A DNA stretch of 64,000 nt, taken from positions 10,239 through 74,238 of the IMG/VR virus record IMGVR_UViG_3300028591_000183, one strand, 5' to 3'. Positions within the stretch are counted from its first letter, which is position 1; the number at the start of each line of letters is the position of its first letter. Source of the stretch: a virus (taxonomy: Duplodnaviria > Caudoviricetes). The notes below the pieces were generated by a model that was not told where the DNA came from, ran no database searches, and was given only the letters and a program-made list of their open reading frames with translations. Both the position numbers and the translations under genes were made by a program. Positions 30,543 to 42,100 of the stretch are shown in pieces.

Positions 30543-30991
30543 GATATTTTCTCCTTAGATTGAAATAATTAACGTGTTATCTCTTACAAGAAGCATCATT
30601 ACTTTACGTGATAATACTTCTTCTGAAAGCTGATATGTAACATTACTGTTCCAATGGCTTTCAATCCTGTATTCAGTTGTATTTAATGTAATTGAAATAA
30701 TATCCTGTACTGTCATCCACATTCACATTCTGAACCTGTAATTTGCATGAATTTTTCTTTTGTCAACTTTACATATCTGTTTGTTCTCTCGTTTAAAACA
30801 AACATAGGAAAGTATTCCAATCCGTTGATTGATTGTGATTCTATGTCTTGCTTTAATTCCAAGAAGGTTTCCCATGCATCCTTTGGTTTATTCCTGCTTT
30901 CAATAAAATTGTTAATATCTTTTTGTAAATCTAGCGTAATATTCATGTGATGATACCACCAATAATAAAAGCTATCCATTATATAATCTCC

Positions 30992-31576
30992 TTATCCTGC
31001 AAATGGAATACGGTATTTATCCTTAAGGATTGTGTTTATATCTTCTTCATCGACTCTTAGATATCTTTGAGTGATGTTGATTGAAGAATGGTTAAGGAAA
31101 CGGCGTGTAAGCTCTATATCATTACCGCTTTCCCTGTAAATCGTCATTCCTGCATGTTTTCTGAATGAGTGGGTTGATATGTTCTCGTAACCATCTCCAA
31201 GACATTTACATACCTGTTGGATTTTCCATTGAAGAGTACGGATGTTGGTATCAAATATATAATCATTCGGCAATTTGTTGCGCCCTACAGCGTAAGCAAT
31301 AACCATGTTATATATCTGTGACGGGATAAGGGTAGAACGGGTTTTCCCTGTCTTTTCCTCCTTGATATTGTAGTAGCAATCATTTCCGTGTTTGATAAAA
31401 GAGTTCATTGTGAGCTTCAAACAATCTCCGATACGCAACCCGCAATTTCCTGTAACTGTAAGGATAAGTGCCATTTCCTTATTTGGCTTTATCTTACCAT
31501 TACCCTTGTATAAGAGATTGATGATAGCATCAAACTGTTCATCGGTGATACATGTTGTTTTCTTATTCATAATCAA
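30992..31576 (-). CDS. Short tyrosine recombinase (catalytic domain only)
   Basis: GLRIGD, EEKTGK, THSFRK, FLNHSS, TQRYL: full R-K-H-R-H-Y set; 194 aa. Confidence 0.9.
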   Translation of the reverse strand: MIMNKKTTCITDEQFDAIINLLYKGNGKIKPNKEMALILTVTGNCGLRIGDCLKLTMNSFIKHGNDCYYNIKEEKTGKTRSTLIPSQIYNMVIAYAVGRNKLPNDYIFDTNIRTLQWKIQQVCKCLGDGYENISTHSFRKHAGMTIYRESGNDIELTRRFLNHSSINITQRYLRVDEEDINTILKDKYRIPFAG

Positions 31577-31703
31577 TTCTCCTTATATCCCATGATATCT
31601 GCCATTCTTTCTGCTTCTTCACGGGTCATATCTGCTGTAAGTGTAAGCCATAAAACATAATCATTACGGTCATAGAATATAACATTAAGTACCTTATCCA
31701 TAA

Positions 31704-33044
31704 TTACCTCCCATAGTATTTAAGAAAATCGTTACCAAAACTTGAAAGCTGTTCGTTTGTGAAGTCGTGCTGATTGTTAAGCTGTAAATCCATGACTACG
31801 TTGCAAATCTCGCTGTCTGTAAGTAGACCGCCCTGCAATCTCTGTGGCTTTTTGTTGTTCATGCCATCAAGGTAGAGCATATCGCCGTGTCCCTGTAACA
31901 TCTCTGCACCGATTTGGTCTAACACTACCATAGAGTCTGTTCTTGACATAACAGACAGACAAACCCTAGCAGGAATGTTGGCTTTTATCTGACCCGAAAT
32001 AACCTTAACAGTAGGACGCTGTGTTGCAAGTACCATGTGGATACCACTAGCTCTTGCTTTCTGTGCAAGTCTTACGATATTAGATTCAACAGATTTCTTG
32101 TAAGCTGACTCCATCATATCTGCCATCTCGTCAATCACAAGGACAATCTTAGGAAGTCTGTTGTCGGGATTTCTTCTGTTGTAATCATCAATTTCACGGC
32201 TACCTGCATTTGCCATAACTGCATAGCGTCTGTCCATCTCTTTACACAGCTTAGATAAGAGCGAGATAGCTTTCTGTGTATCAGTAATGTATTTGCAGTA
32301 GTGAAGATGTGAATAACGTCTGAACTCAACCATCTTAGGGTCAATGAGGAAAAGCTGTAAATCATCGGGAGTGTTACGCATAAGCAGGGAAGTAATAACA
32401 CCATTGAGGAATACAGATTTACCACTTCCTGTTGTACCTGCAACAAGGAGGTGTGGCATCTTGGCAAGGTCACCATAGATGTTCTCACCTTTTGCATTCT
32501 GACCGATAGGAATGATTGTCTTTGAACGTTCCATCTTGTATCTGTTATCATGCATGAAGTCACCGAAAAGAACGGTAGAAGACTTCTGAGGGACTTCAAC
32601 AACAATCTTTGCACCGTCATTGAATATCCTTGTTTCTTCGTTGTCTGTAGCGTATTTAATCTGTCTTGACAGCTTGTATGCCTTATTGATATTGTTCATG
32701 GGTCTGAACTTCATTGTGATAACGGATGCACCGTTAACACATTCAACGGGAAGGAGAGTAACATTCTCATTAAGTTCGATTGAGCGACGTATCTTTTCTG
32801 CATAAACCTGCGCCATGTTTGAGCTACCCTTTGAGGTATGATATTTGAATGTATTACCATATACAGGGTTGTATAACTTAGGAAGTCTGAATGGATAATC
32901 ATATTCGTAGTTGTCAAACAAAGGGCTGTTATCTGTTGCTCCACTTACGCCTGTAAGAGTCCTTCCAAGTGCCATCAATCCTATTGAAAACTTCATCATT
33001 TTATTTGTATTTATCATTGTACGTATCCTTTCATCTTTAACCAT
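31704..33044 (-). CDS. FtsK/SpoIIIE-family DNA translocase, no obvious gamma domain
   Basis: PHLLVAGTTGSGKS, LIDPK, VIDEMAD, LAQKARASGIH, ATQRP, GAEMLQGHGDML. Confidence 0.9.
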   Translation of the reverse strand: MVKDERIRTMINTNKMMKFSIGLMALGRTLTGVSGATDNSPLFDNYEYDYPFRLPKLYNPVYGNTFKYHTSKGSSNMAQVYAEKIRRSIELNENVTLLPVECVNGASVITMKFRPMNNINKAYKLSRQIKYATDNEETRIFNDGAKIVVEVPQKSSTVLFGDFMHDNRYKMERSKTIIPIGQNAKGENIYGDLAKMPHLLVAGTTGSGKSVFLNGVITSLLMRNTPDDLQLFLIDPKMVEFRRYSHLHYCKYITDTQKAISLLSKLCKEMDRRYAVMANAGSREIDDYNRRNPDNRLPKIVLVIDEMADMMESAYKKSVESNIVRLAQKARASGIHMVLATQRPTVKVISGQIKANIPARVCLSVMSRTDSMVVLDQIGAEMLQGHGDMLYLDGMNNKKPQRLQGGLLTDSEICNVVMDLQLNNQHDFTNEQLSSFGNDFLKYYGR

Positions 33045-33781
33045 GATTCATAATCACATTGACGTAACTTATTAGCATAATATCTTAATGATTTGTTGAA
33101 CTGTTCTGTGTATATCTTTTCCATCATACCGTTTATGTCATCGGGTTTGATGAACTCTAAAGTCTGTTTATGTTCCTTAATCAGCTTTATAACTTCCTGT
33201 CGGATTTTTGCGCTTTCCTGTTCGTTGGTGTAATCAGAAATTGCTTTAGCTTCTTCACTAGGAACTACACATGCTTTAAATTCATGGTACGGGTCATCAT
33301 CGTATGTGTAATGATTAAGTCTGTCCATACACCATTCAACATCATCCATTGTGAGATTACAGTATTTAATAATTTCTTCCATCATTGTCTTACGTTCATA
33401 AGTACCGTTCCAATGATGCTGTTCAAACATGTATGTTGCAAGTTCTTCTCTTGTAACATTTGTCCTGCCTTTGAACTGTCTTAAATCTGTGTTACGGATG
33501 ATATCATTGTGTTCATCGATGGTCTGTTGAGCTTCGGAGATTGTAGCCTGTACGTACTGATAGTCAATCGGTTCTGCTTCAACCCGAGGTCTTGGCTTTT
33601 TGGGTTCTTCAACAGGCTTTTTATGGTTCTTATGTACGATATAGAGGATAGCCCCGATTACAAGAATAAGAGGGAAATATTTATAGAATAAGATAAGTAG
33701 CGTTACCGTAAACACGATAAGCAGGATTCTTTTTGTCTTCATGATTGATACCTCTCTGTAAATCATTGCGTATTTTGTCAA
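33014..33781 (-). CDS. Membrane-anchored hypothetical protein upstream of FtsK
   Basis: N-terminal hydrophobic helices. Confidence 0.65.
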   Translation of the reverse strand: MTKYAMIYREVSIMKTKRILLIVFTVTLLILFYKYFPLILVIGAILYIVHKNHKKPVEEPKKPRPRVEAEPIDYQYVQATISEAQQTIDEHNDIIRNTDLRQFKGRTNVTREELATYMFEQHHWNGTYERKTMMEEIIKYCNLTMDDVEWCMDRLNHYTYDDDPYHEFKACVVPSEEAKAISDYTNEQESAKIRQEVIKLIKEHKQTLEFIKPDDINGMMEKIYTEQFNKSLRYYANKLRQCDYESWLKMKGYVQ

Positions 33782-33807
33782 TTCAAGTATAATATTGAAT
33801 AACTACT

Positions 33808-33843
33808 AAAGGCTATAAACTATTTATAAAGTTTATAGCCTTT
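33808..33843. terminator. 14-bp hairpin terminator
   Basis: AAAGGCTATAAACT...AGTTTATAGCCTTT. Confidence 0.75.
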
Positions 33844-33888
33844 CGCATCGTTATTTCATGAGGGATATAAAAGATTGTAATTTACTTT

Positions 33889-36040
33889 TTAGTAGTATTC
33901 ATCAATACATTCGTCTGCTTCGGTGTAATACTGCCCGTCGTACCCTTCATCCATTATCTTGTCGTAACAATCCAAACAGACAAGCCTAAAAGGAATACCG
34001 TGGCAATCTCTTGTGAACTGCATATCGTTTCGTTCTACCTGCTTACCACAGCAAGCACATTCTCTGATATCTGACATAATCAATTCTCCTTGTTTAATCT
34101 TCTTAATACTTTTTAAACTCTGTATATAGTTCTTCATCTTCTCTATTCATTTGCTTTTCCAAGTAAATCATATTATCTAGTGCTTGGAGTGCTATCAACA
34201 TTGCTATATCTTTGTCTGTTCGTGGTATTTTGTCCTGTTGATAACCTATTGATAGAAAATTTTCTTCAATTTTTTTGTATGCTTCTTTTCTTGTCATAAT
34301 CAATCCTCCTTAATTAACTCAATCTTAATATCGGTTGCTTTCCATTCTTCAAGGTTTTTTAATTGATGTGTAATGATATCTGCTGTAAAAATTTGATTTT
34401 CGATTTTTTCACCTTTTGAAGTTCTCCAACTCATTCTGTATTTATACATTAAGCATTAACCTCCTTGCTATCAATTTTTATTTTGATAAAGTCCGTTTTA
34501 GTATTCGATTTTGAATACATCCTTATTACAGGATAATTGAAGTATTTTTTATAATCTTCGTTTGTTTCATAGCGGTTATCTGAAATAAGAACTCCGTCTT
34601 TAACTACTATGAAATAATCATCCTCATGTATAATATTGTTTTCAAATAAATCTCTAAGTAATATCATTAACTTACCTCCTGTAACATAATATTCAATTCG
34701 TAACCTTCGATAATTTCTAATAGCTTATCTGCAAGTTCCCTACGATTAAGGGTGTTTGTGGTGTAGTAGTAATAGCTCTTTTTGCCGTTGTCGTTATCTT
34801 CAACGCATATTGTGAAGTGTTTGTACTCAAATACTTCATCATTCATATCACGGCAAACTGCAAAGGTAACAGTACGTTCATAATCTCTGAACTGATTTTC
34901 GCTGTCATACACACAGTACCAACCCTCCACATCGTCAAGGGTAAAACCTGCATTTCTGTAAATCTCATTGGCAATAGACTTAACTATTTTCTTATTGATA
35001 AAGTACATATTAACCTCCAATCTTAATTGAATAACCGTTGTTGTGAAGTTCATCCATAAGCAGGTCAAAATCCTGTTTTCTTAAAAGTTTGATAGACTTA
35101 GGAAGACTTTCCTCTGTCTTAAAATAGAGAAAGTCCATATCTGCTGTATCAATAAATACAGTAGGATATTCATTTGCTGTAGTGTTAGTAAACTGAAATG
35201 TGAGCTTCATAATCAATCCTCCTTAATCAATGTTCCCTGCCTGTCCTGCTGATTGTAAAACAATCGCTTCAAAATCATTGCCCCAAAAAGCTATGATATT
35301 TCTTTTCTTGCACCCATTAAAGGTTATGTCTTCTGCATAATTGGAGTTCTCGGGCTTAAACATGATTCTTGCATTGTCGGGCAATTCATTTAACCAATAC
35401 TTCATTTCCTGTACTGTCATAATCAATCCTCCTTATATGATACTTCCATGAATTTAAAGATATCTGCCAAATCTGCTATGATGTGATACTGTTTGTTTGT
35501 GTAGTTCTTATTATGGGTTGCAAGATAATCAAGGTTGTCTTTTATTGCCTGTAAGAAGTCATCACCAAGAAAATTATCATTCAAGTGATACTCTTTTAAG
35601 AAAGAATCGGGACTACAATACTGCTGTTTAAATTCCTTCTCTTTAAAACGTAAAGTGATTTCATTAGCCATGTTGTTACCTCCTTAATATCCGTAGTGTA
35701 AAACAACAATCTCATTATTCCATTCAGATTGATTAAATCCATTTAATAGTGCTAAACATGGCGCATACCGCCTGTAGTCGTCATACTGCATGGCATTGGC
35801 TATCATGTTTATCATTTCCTTAAGTGGGATTTCCTTTAGCTTTTCACCATATTTGTCTTTATAGATAAAGCTGTCACCTTCAAGGAAATAAGCATCCGTT
35901 TCCTTTGCTTTCATGATTGCTGACAAAAGGTTGTTGCCTACACAACAAAGATTAAAACTTGCTATCATATCAGCCCAATAGCCATTTTCATCTTTTGTAG
36001 AAGACTTCCTTACTACATATAACCTGCTTTCATATCCCAT
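33889..36040 (-). CDS. Cluster of small leftward hypothetical genes (33889-34137, 34103-34303, 34449-34667, 34667-35008, 35010-35216, 35223-35426, 35423-35671, 35684-36040)
   Basis: ORF track; several share a GGAG(G/A)ATTGATTATG start module. Confidence 0.7.
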
Positions 36041-36114
36041 ATCATTACCTCCTTAATTGAAACTAATTAACAGTAAAAGCACTTACAGGCTGTGACACCT
36101 GTAAGTGCTGATTC

Positions 36115-39100
36115 TTAAAATGTTATGTTTGGCTTTTCCACAGCTTCAATAGCTTTTTCTATCCTGTGGTAGTAGTCAGAGAGTAGCTTTAATTCATCAA
36201 GAGTTAATTTTCTTGTTGAATTATCGTCGTTGGCTATTTCAACTATATCTGAGTTATGCCATAAACTACAGTTGGGGCGTGGCAGATTCACGCTATTACT
36301 TAAATAGTAGTTTACTTCTTTAGTGAGTATTGAGTATTCATCATGTTCTTTAAACCATGATTCTTCCTTGTCTGCTAAATTAGATATCATGCGAGTGAAT
36401 GAATGAGTTATAACCTCATTTATCTCTTTTGTATCCATTGTGAGCCATAATGAGTATGGATGACTCCATGATGATACATAGTAAATATCAAATCTCATAC
36501 ATTCTTGCGGACTTCGGTAAGAAGGAACGTTTACACCGTTACGCTTTAACCATGCTTTAAGTGAATTTGTGTTGTATCTTGGTGAACCATCCCATGTTGT
36601 ACCTTGACTTTTGATAGTGCTTTTCTCCTGCTGAAATTTCTTATATACATTCCAAAACTTATCAAAGTCAAAGTTTGCGTATTCATGCAGGGCTTCCTGC
36701 TGTTCTTCAAGAGTGTAGCCATCTGATACAAATTTCTTTTCAAAATCATTCATATTCCTGTACTTCATTTCTTCCACATTCCAAACGAATTTTGCCATAT
36801 TTTTTCCTCCTTAAATTAAATAAATTAACAGCAAAACCGCCTGTAAGCTGTGACACTTACAAGCGGTAGTAATTAAACCAAATCCATGATATCTACGATT
36901 TCTGTATCGGGCTTTTCAAGTTTGAACTCACCCCAACAAGTACAATCCGAGTTTTTTAACACGGTCTTTTGGACAAGTGCCATAAGAACGATATTGAGAT
37001 AGCAGGTTACTTTTTTGCTCAATTCATCATCCTCAATCTGATATTTTATTGAGCTAAAGAACTCAGATATCTCTTTTACAATCTGATTCTCTGTCCCGTG
37101 GTATACAGCCTGTTTTCCGATTTTCTTGTATTCCTTAAAATCGTCGCTGTAGTCGTTTGTATCAGATTCGCAAGTATCATCGTGATATTGCTTCTGAACT
37201 GACTTTGCATTGGCTTCATAAAGCCAAGTAAAGAGTTCCTTGTAGTCATCCTCATTGAAATTGCGGTTATCCCTGTGGTTGTATATCCACAAGGGTTCAC
37301 GATAGAACCCTTCGGACATTCCTACAATAGCTCCTGCACATCTCATGTAATTTACTTTACCGATAACAAAACTGCTCATTTTCTTACCTCCATTCATTGT
37401 TATTTGTTTACAGGAAAAAAGGGTTAAAGCTGTGACACCTTAACCCCTTACACTTATTCGTACTGTTTAAGCTTATCTAAATCCCATTCGTATAAATCAT
37501 AGGTACAATAACCGCTAGTCTGATAATAACCTGTAGGCTTGCCAAGTTCGTACTTCTTTACAAAATCTGCGCCCCAAGGACAATTATTAGAGTCAAGATA
37601 AGACCTGTTATTCTTCAAGTAGTCTTCATAATCATCATCGTTTTCAAAGTCTTCACGCTGTACATTCAAACATACTGTAAGAGTGGCAAAGGGTTCTTCA
37701 AAACCGCCATAATCGGGACAAAAACTGTAAAGCTGTATTGCCAACGTATTATCGGCTGTGTACCTGTTCAACTCGATTCTTGTGATTTTGAATACTTCAC
37801 CATAAAGATTTACTTCCATGCTTTTTACCTCCATTATTTAAGCTAAATTAACAGAAAATAAGAGCTATAGCTGTGATACTATAGCCCCTCATAATTACAG
37901 GTTATAAGCCTGTTTAAATGCATCCTCAAACGGGATACCTGCATTCTGTAAAGACTCAATCTGTACATATTTTGTAGCCCTATCAATGCATTCAGATTGA
38001 GTTTTACTTGCAAAAGTTTGTAGTCCGTTAAGTTGCTGTGTTAACCGCCCGTCACTATCGACGTACTTGTGATTTATAGCACAGTAATAACCTTTGTACT
38101 GTACTATTTCAAAAACCTGCCCTTCAACGTGTAACTGTGTGATATGCTTCATTTTTCTACCTCCATTCATTGTGATTTTTAACAGGAAAAAGAGGTTAGA
38201 ACTGTGACATTCTAACCTCTTATCATTAAGCTGTAGCCTTAAGTTTATTGAAGGCTGTAGCTATTTGAACTATGGATTCTTTATTACTTTCAAGTGTCTT
38301 AAGATATCCTATGAATACTTCCGATAACTTATCCTCAATATCATTTAAAGCCCCTGTGAAGTGGGTCATAGGTAGTCCCAACACGGGGTCAATGATAAAG
38401 ATGGTAGTATTAAGATTTTTCCTACACCATCCGTCTGTGGTGTACGCCTGTAAAGGCATACCACGATATTCAAAATGATAACCGATATGGTTTTCTATCT
38501 TGCCATTCTCCCAAACGGGCTTAAGCTGTGTAGGAATAAAACGTATCACGTTACACTTCTTAAGTTCTGTGATATTTTCTGTAGGTTCAATTACTTCTGT
38601 ATCCTGCTTAACCTCATTAAGTGGTGATACATTAAATGCTTTTACTAAAAAGTCGTTTCGCTTTTCTAACCACTTATTGATAATGGATACATCATCGTCA
38701 TTATCTTTAAGTTTGTTGGAAAAACAATCGTACACTTTTTTGATTAAGGAATTTACATAACCTGCTAAAACAGGCGGGTTATCACTTCCTTCAATCATGG
38801 TTACAACCTTTTTAAATTCCGTCTGATTAAAGATTGTAATAAGAGTTGCACTATCAATCTTAAAGTGTCCCTTACCCTGCTTATAGGTGATTTCTACAAC
38901 CTCATTGTCGGATAAAGCGTCGTTAACCCACTTATAATAAAGAGTGGAAGACTTTCCAAAAGGTTTTGAACTAAAAGTTAACATATACTTACCTCCATTT
39001 TCATTGTGTGCTTATTTAAGGTGAAATAGGGATACAGGCTGTGACCCCTGTATCCCTCATGATTAAGCGGTTTTTGTAATAGACTTAAACAGGCATTCGC

Positions 39101-42100
39101 CCTTAACCTCTATATACTGACCGCCGTTTCCGTTCAATATCTGACGGATAAGTTCTTTACTTATCTCTTCAATAGTGTAGCGGTTATCGCTTCTCGCCTG
39201 TACTGTAGCCACTTTTGTGTTACTTCTTACTTCTGTTTTTCCGTACTTCTTGGGGCTGTAAGACTTGCCATTATTTGACGTTGTAGCGGGCTTTTTAGGC
39301 TTGTTGTCAACGGGGGCGGGGGTTGTTACCTGTGTGGTAGTAGGGGCGGGAATAGCGTCTATTTTGCGCCTTGTACCTGTAATTTTGCCCCCGCTAAACT
39401 TAAGCGTGTAAACGTGGTAGTCATCCTGCACAATCAAGTTCCCTTCATTCATATATGGGGCTACTTTTTCAAGTACATCCTTAAATGCTACATGTACGGG
39501 AATATCCTTCACTACAGGATAAAAACGATTGTCCTTAAGGGTAAATTTGATATTGAAAATATCAAATATTTCCTTAACAGACTTTGCACTTGTCAAAGTG
39601 TCGTACCACTCACAATTACTTGCGTACTTGTATCCCAACATAGCAGACTTAACAAGCCCTGCCACTACGGGTACATTCTTTACTTCAATACTTGTTGTAG
39701 CGGGTGAATACTCATTGAATGTGTTTGTCATAATTAAACCTCCATTTATTAAATCATTGTTTTTAGTTACTTCCTTAATAGGAAAACCCCGCATAAGCTG
39801 TGACACTTACACGGGGTTATTACTTAAGCGGGTAGTAACATTCTCATTGTGTTATCAAGAAGGTCATTCCCTGCTAAAGTATTCTTAAAGCGGTTTTCAT
39901 TGTAGTTTTTGGTTTTTCGGAATGGCTCAATGTGGCTTGTAGTATCCGCTACAGCCTGTACAAGCCTTGCGCCTGTATATTCAAGTTCCCTTAAATCGGG
40001 GGCATTCTTGAAGCGATAAAGGATATCGTCACGGATTGTCTTATTGTTTTCCTGCTGTGATTTACCCATATCCTCATCGATGGGTACAACCTTGTTAAGA
40101 ATTGACCTTACCTCAAAATCAGATAACTTGATTTTATACAGGTCTTCAAAAGTATCATTGACCGCCTGCATATACTCATGCGCAAATTGTAAAGTCTGCT
40201 CAGCTTCACGGAGTTTAGCATCAATACTTCCAACATGACGTGCGCTCCATGTACGTTTTGCACTCTTTAAAGCCATGTTAAGTGTATTCTGACAAACAAC
40301 CCTTACAGGGGTCATAGCTACTTTGACCGCCCCGCTTCCATCATGCGTGTTTGTAAAGCAGATATACGGGTCAACTTTATCGCCAAGGATTGTGTACTTA
40401 TCGGGCATTTTAGCAAGTAGCCATATTGTCTTACCATCGTTAAGACTTCCCGCCGTTTCATAAGTAACACCTTCACCAAGTAAAGAGTCCGTGAACTTGA
40501 ATGCATCGATATTCTGCACAATCTGATAACGCTTACCGACTACACCAAGAACTTTACCGTCACTACTTCTGACATTGGCGTAGTTATCGGGAACTACTAC
40601 AGCGTCTTCTGTTATGAGTCGCTTCTGTAATACTTTCCAATTAAGACCCGCATAGATTATAGCGTCTTCACTTGTCGGCGCATTCTCTACCTGTGTACCC
40701 ATTCCATGCCACGGAGTCTGCCTACCTGCAAAAAACATCGTTTCAACGTTAGCACTCATTCTTTTTACCTCCATTTTTAAAAAAGATTATTTGTACCATA
40801 TTTAGTTGTAATAGCCCCCTACGGGGCTTAATCCCTGCCATAGCTGTGACACTATAACAGGGCTTTAAATTACATGGAATAAGCTATTACTTCACATCCG
40901 AACTGAATTTTATTTTCAAGTTCAATTTCTTTTTCAAGTTCGTCGTTAGCAAGCAGGTTGTCATTTTCGTTTGAAATAAACTCTTCAAGGGCTTCAACCT
41001 GTGATTTTTTAAAGCCGTCAATATAATCGGCTACTTGCACAGCATCATTCATGTACTTTTTTACATCGTAAATAAAATCCTTTACGATGTATTCAAATTG
41101 CCATTGTGAGTCTTCAATCAATTCGTTTTCGCTGTAATAGTCACTCCATGTGAGGGGCTTAACGGTCAAGTCGTCGTTAAACTCTAAATCAATACTTGGA
41201 TAAATTTCTGATAACAGGTTGTAAAGAATGTTTACGGGTTTATTATCATGTATATTTGTGAGATAGAACGTACTTGTGCGCCCCACATATACACGGGGGT
41301 CTTCAATATTGTCTTCTTTCATCCATTCTGTAAAGCAGGTGTACTCCATATCACAAAAATCATAATAAATATCATTTTCGTTATAGGATTCTTTAACACG
41401 GGGGTATTTCTCTAAAAGTTCGTCGCACTTAAAAAAAGCGTCATACAATTTCAAAGTACGGTCTTCACCCCACACATGAGATATACTTGACATATACCCC
41501 ATAACATTCTTAACCGCCTTGTTTACATCTTTATAAGTATATTTTTTACTCATAAAATTACCTCCATTTATTGAAAATCATTGTGTTTAGTTGCTTCCAT
41601 ATAGGAAAAACCCTTGTAAGCTGTGATACTTACAAGGGTTAACGGTTACGGGATAATATTATTGTCCTGTAATACTTGTGTTACTACTTCTTTAAACCGC
41701 TTTAAAATAGCAGGTTTTGAGGACTTCACAATATTTGTGGCGTTTTTTGTCCCATAGTCATATACGGTGTATACACCCTGCATTTTATCGTCACTTGATT
41801 GAGTAATGAGAAAATAGCAGGTAGTATCACTTTCAAGTCGTACTTCAACGTCATAGACTTTACTACTTGAAAAGACCTTTACAGCCGTTTTGAATGCATT
41901 CATATACTCATTCAAATATTCATGAGTCTTTTCGGGGGTTGTGCAAAAATCAAAAAACAAATACTTGTTTTCGTCAACCCTTTTGGATGTGATAAAACCC
42001 TTTTCTTGATATCTCAAAGTAATTAATAGTTCCTGCATAACTTAACCTCCATTCATTATTATTTTTGTTAACAGGTAAACCCCCGCTATACTGTGACATA

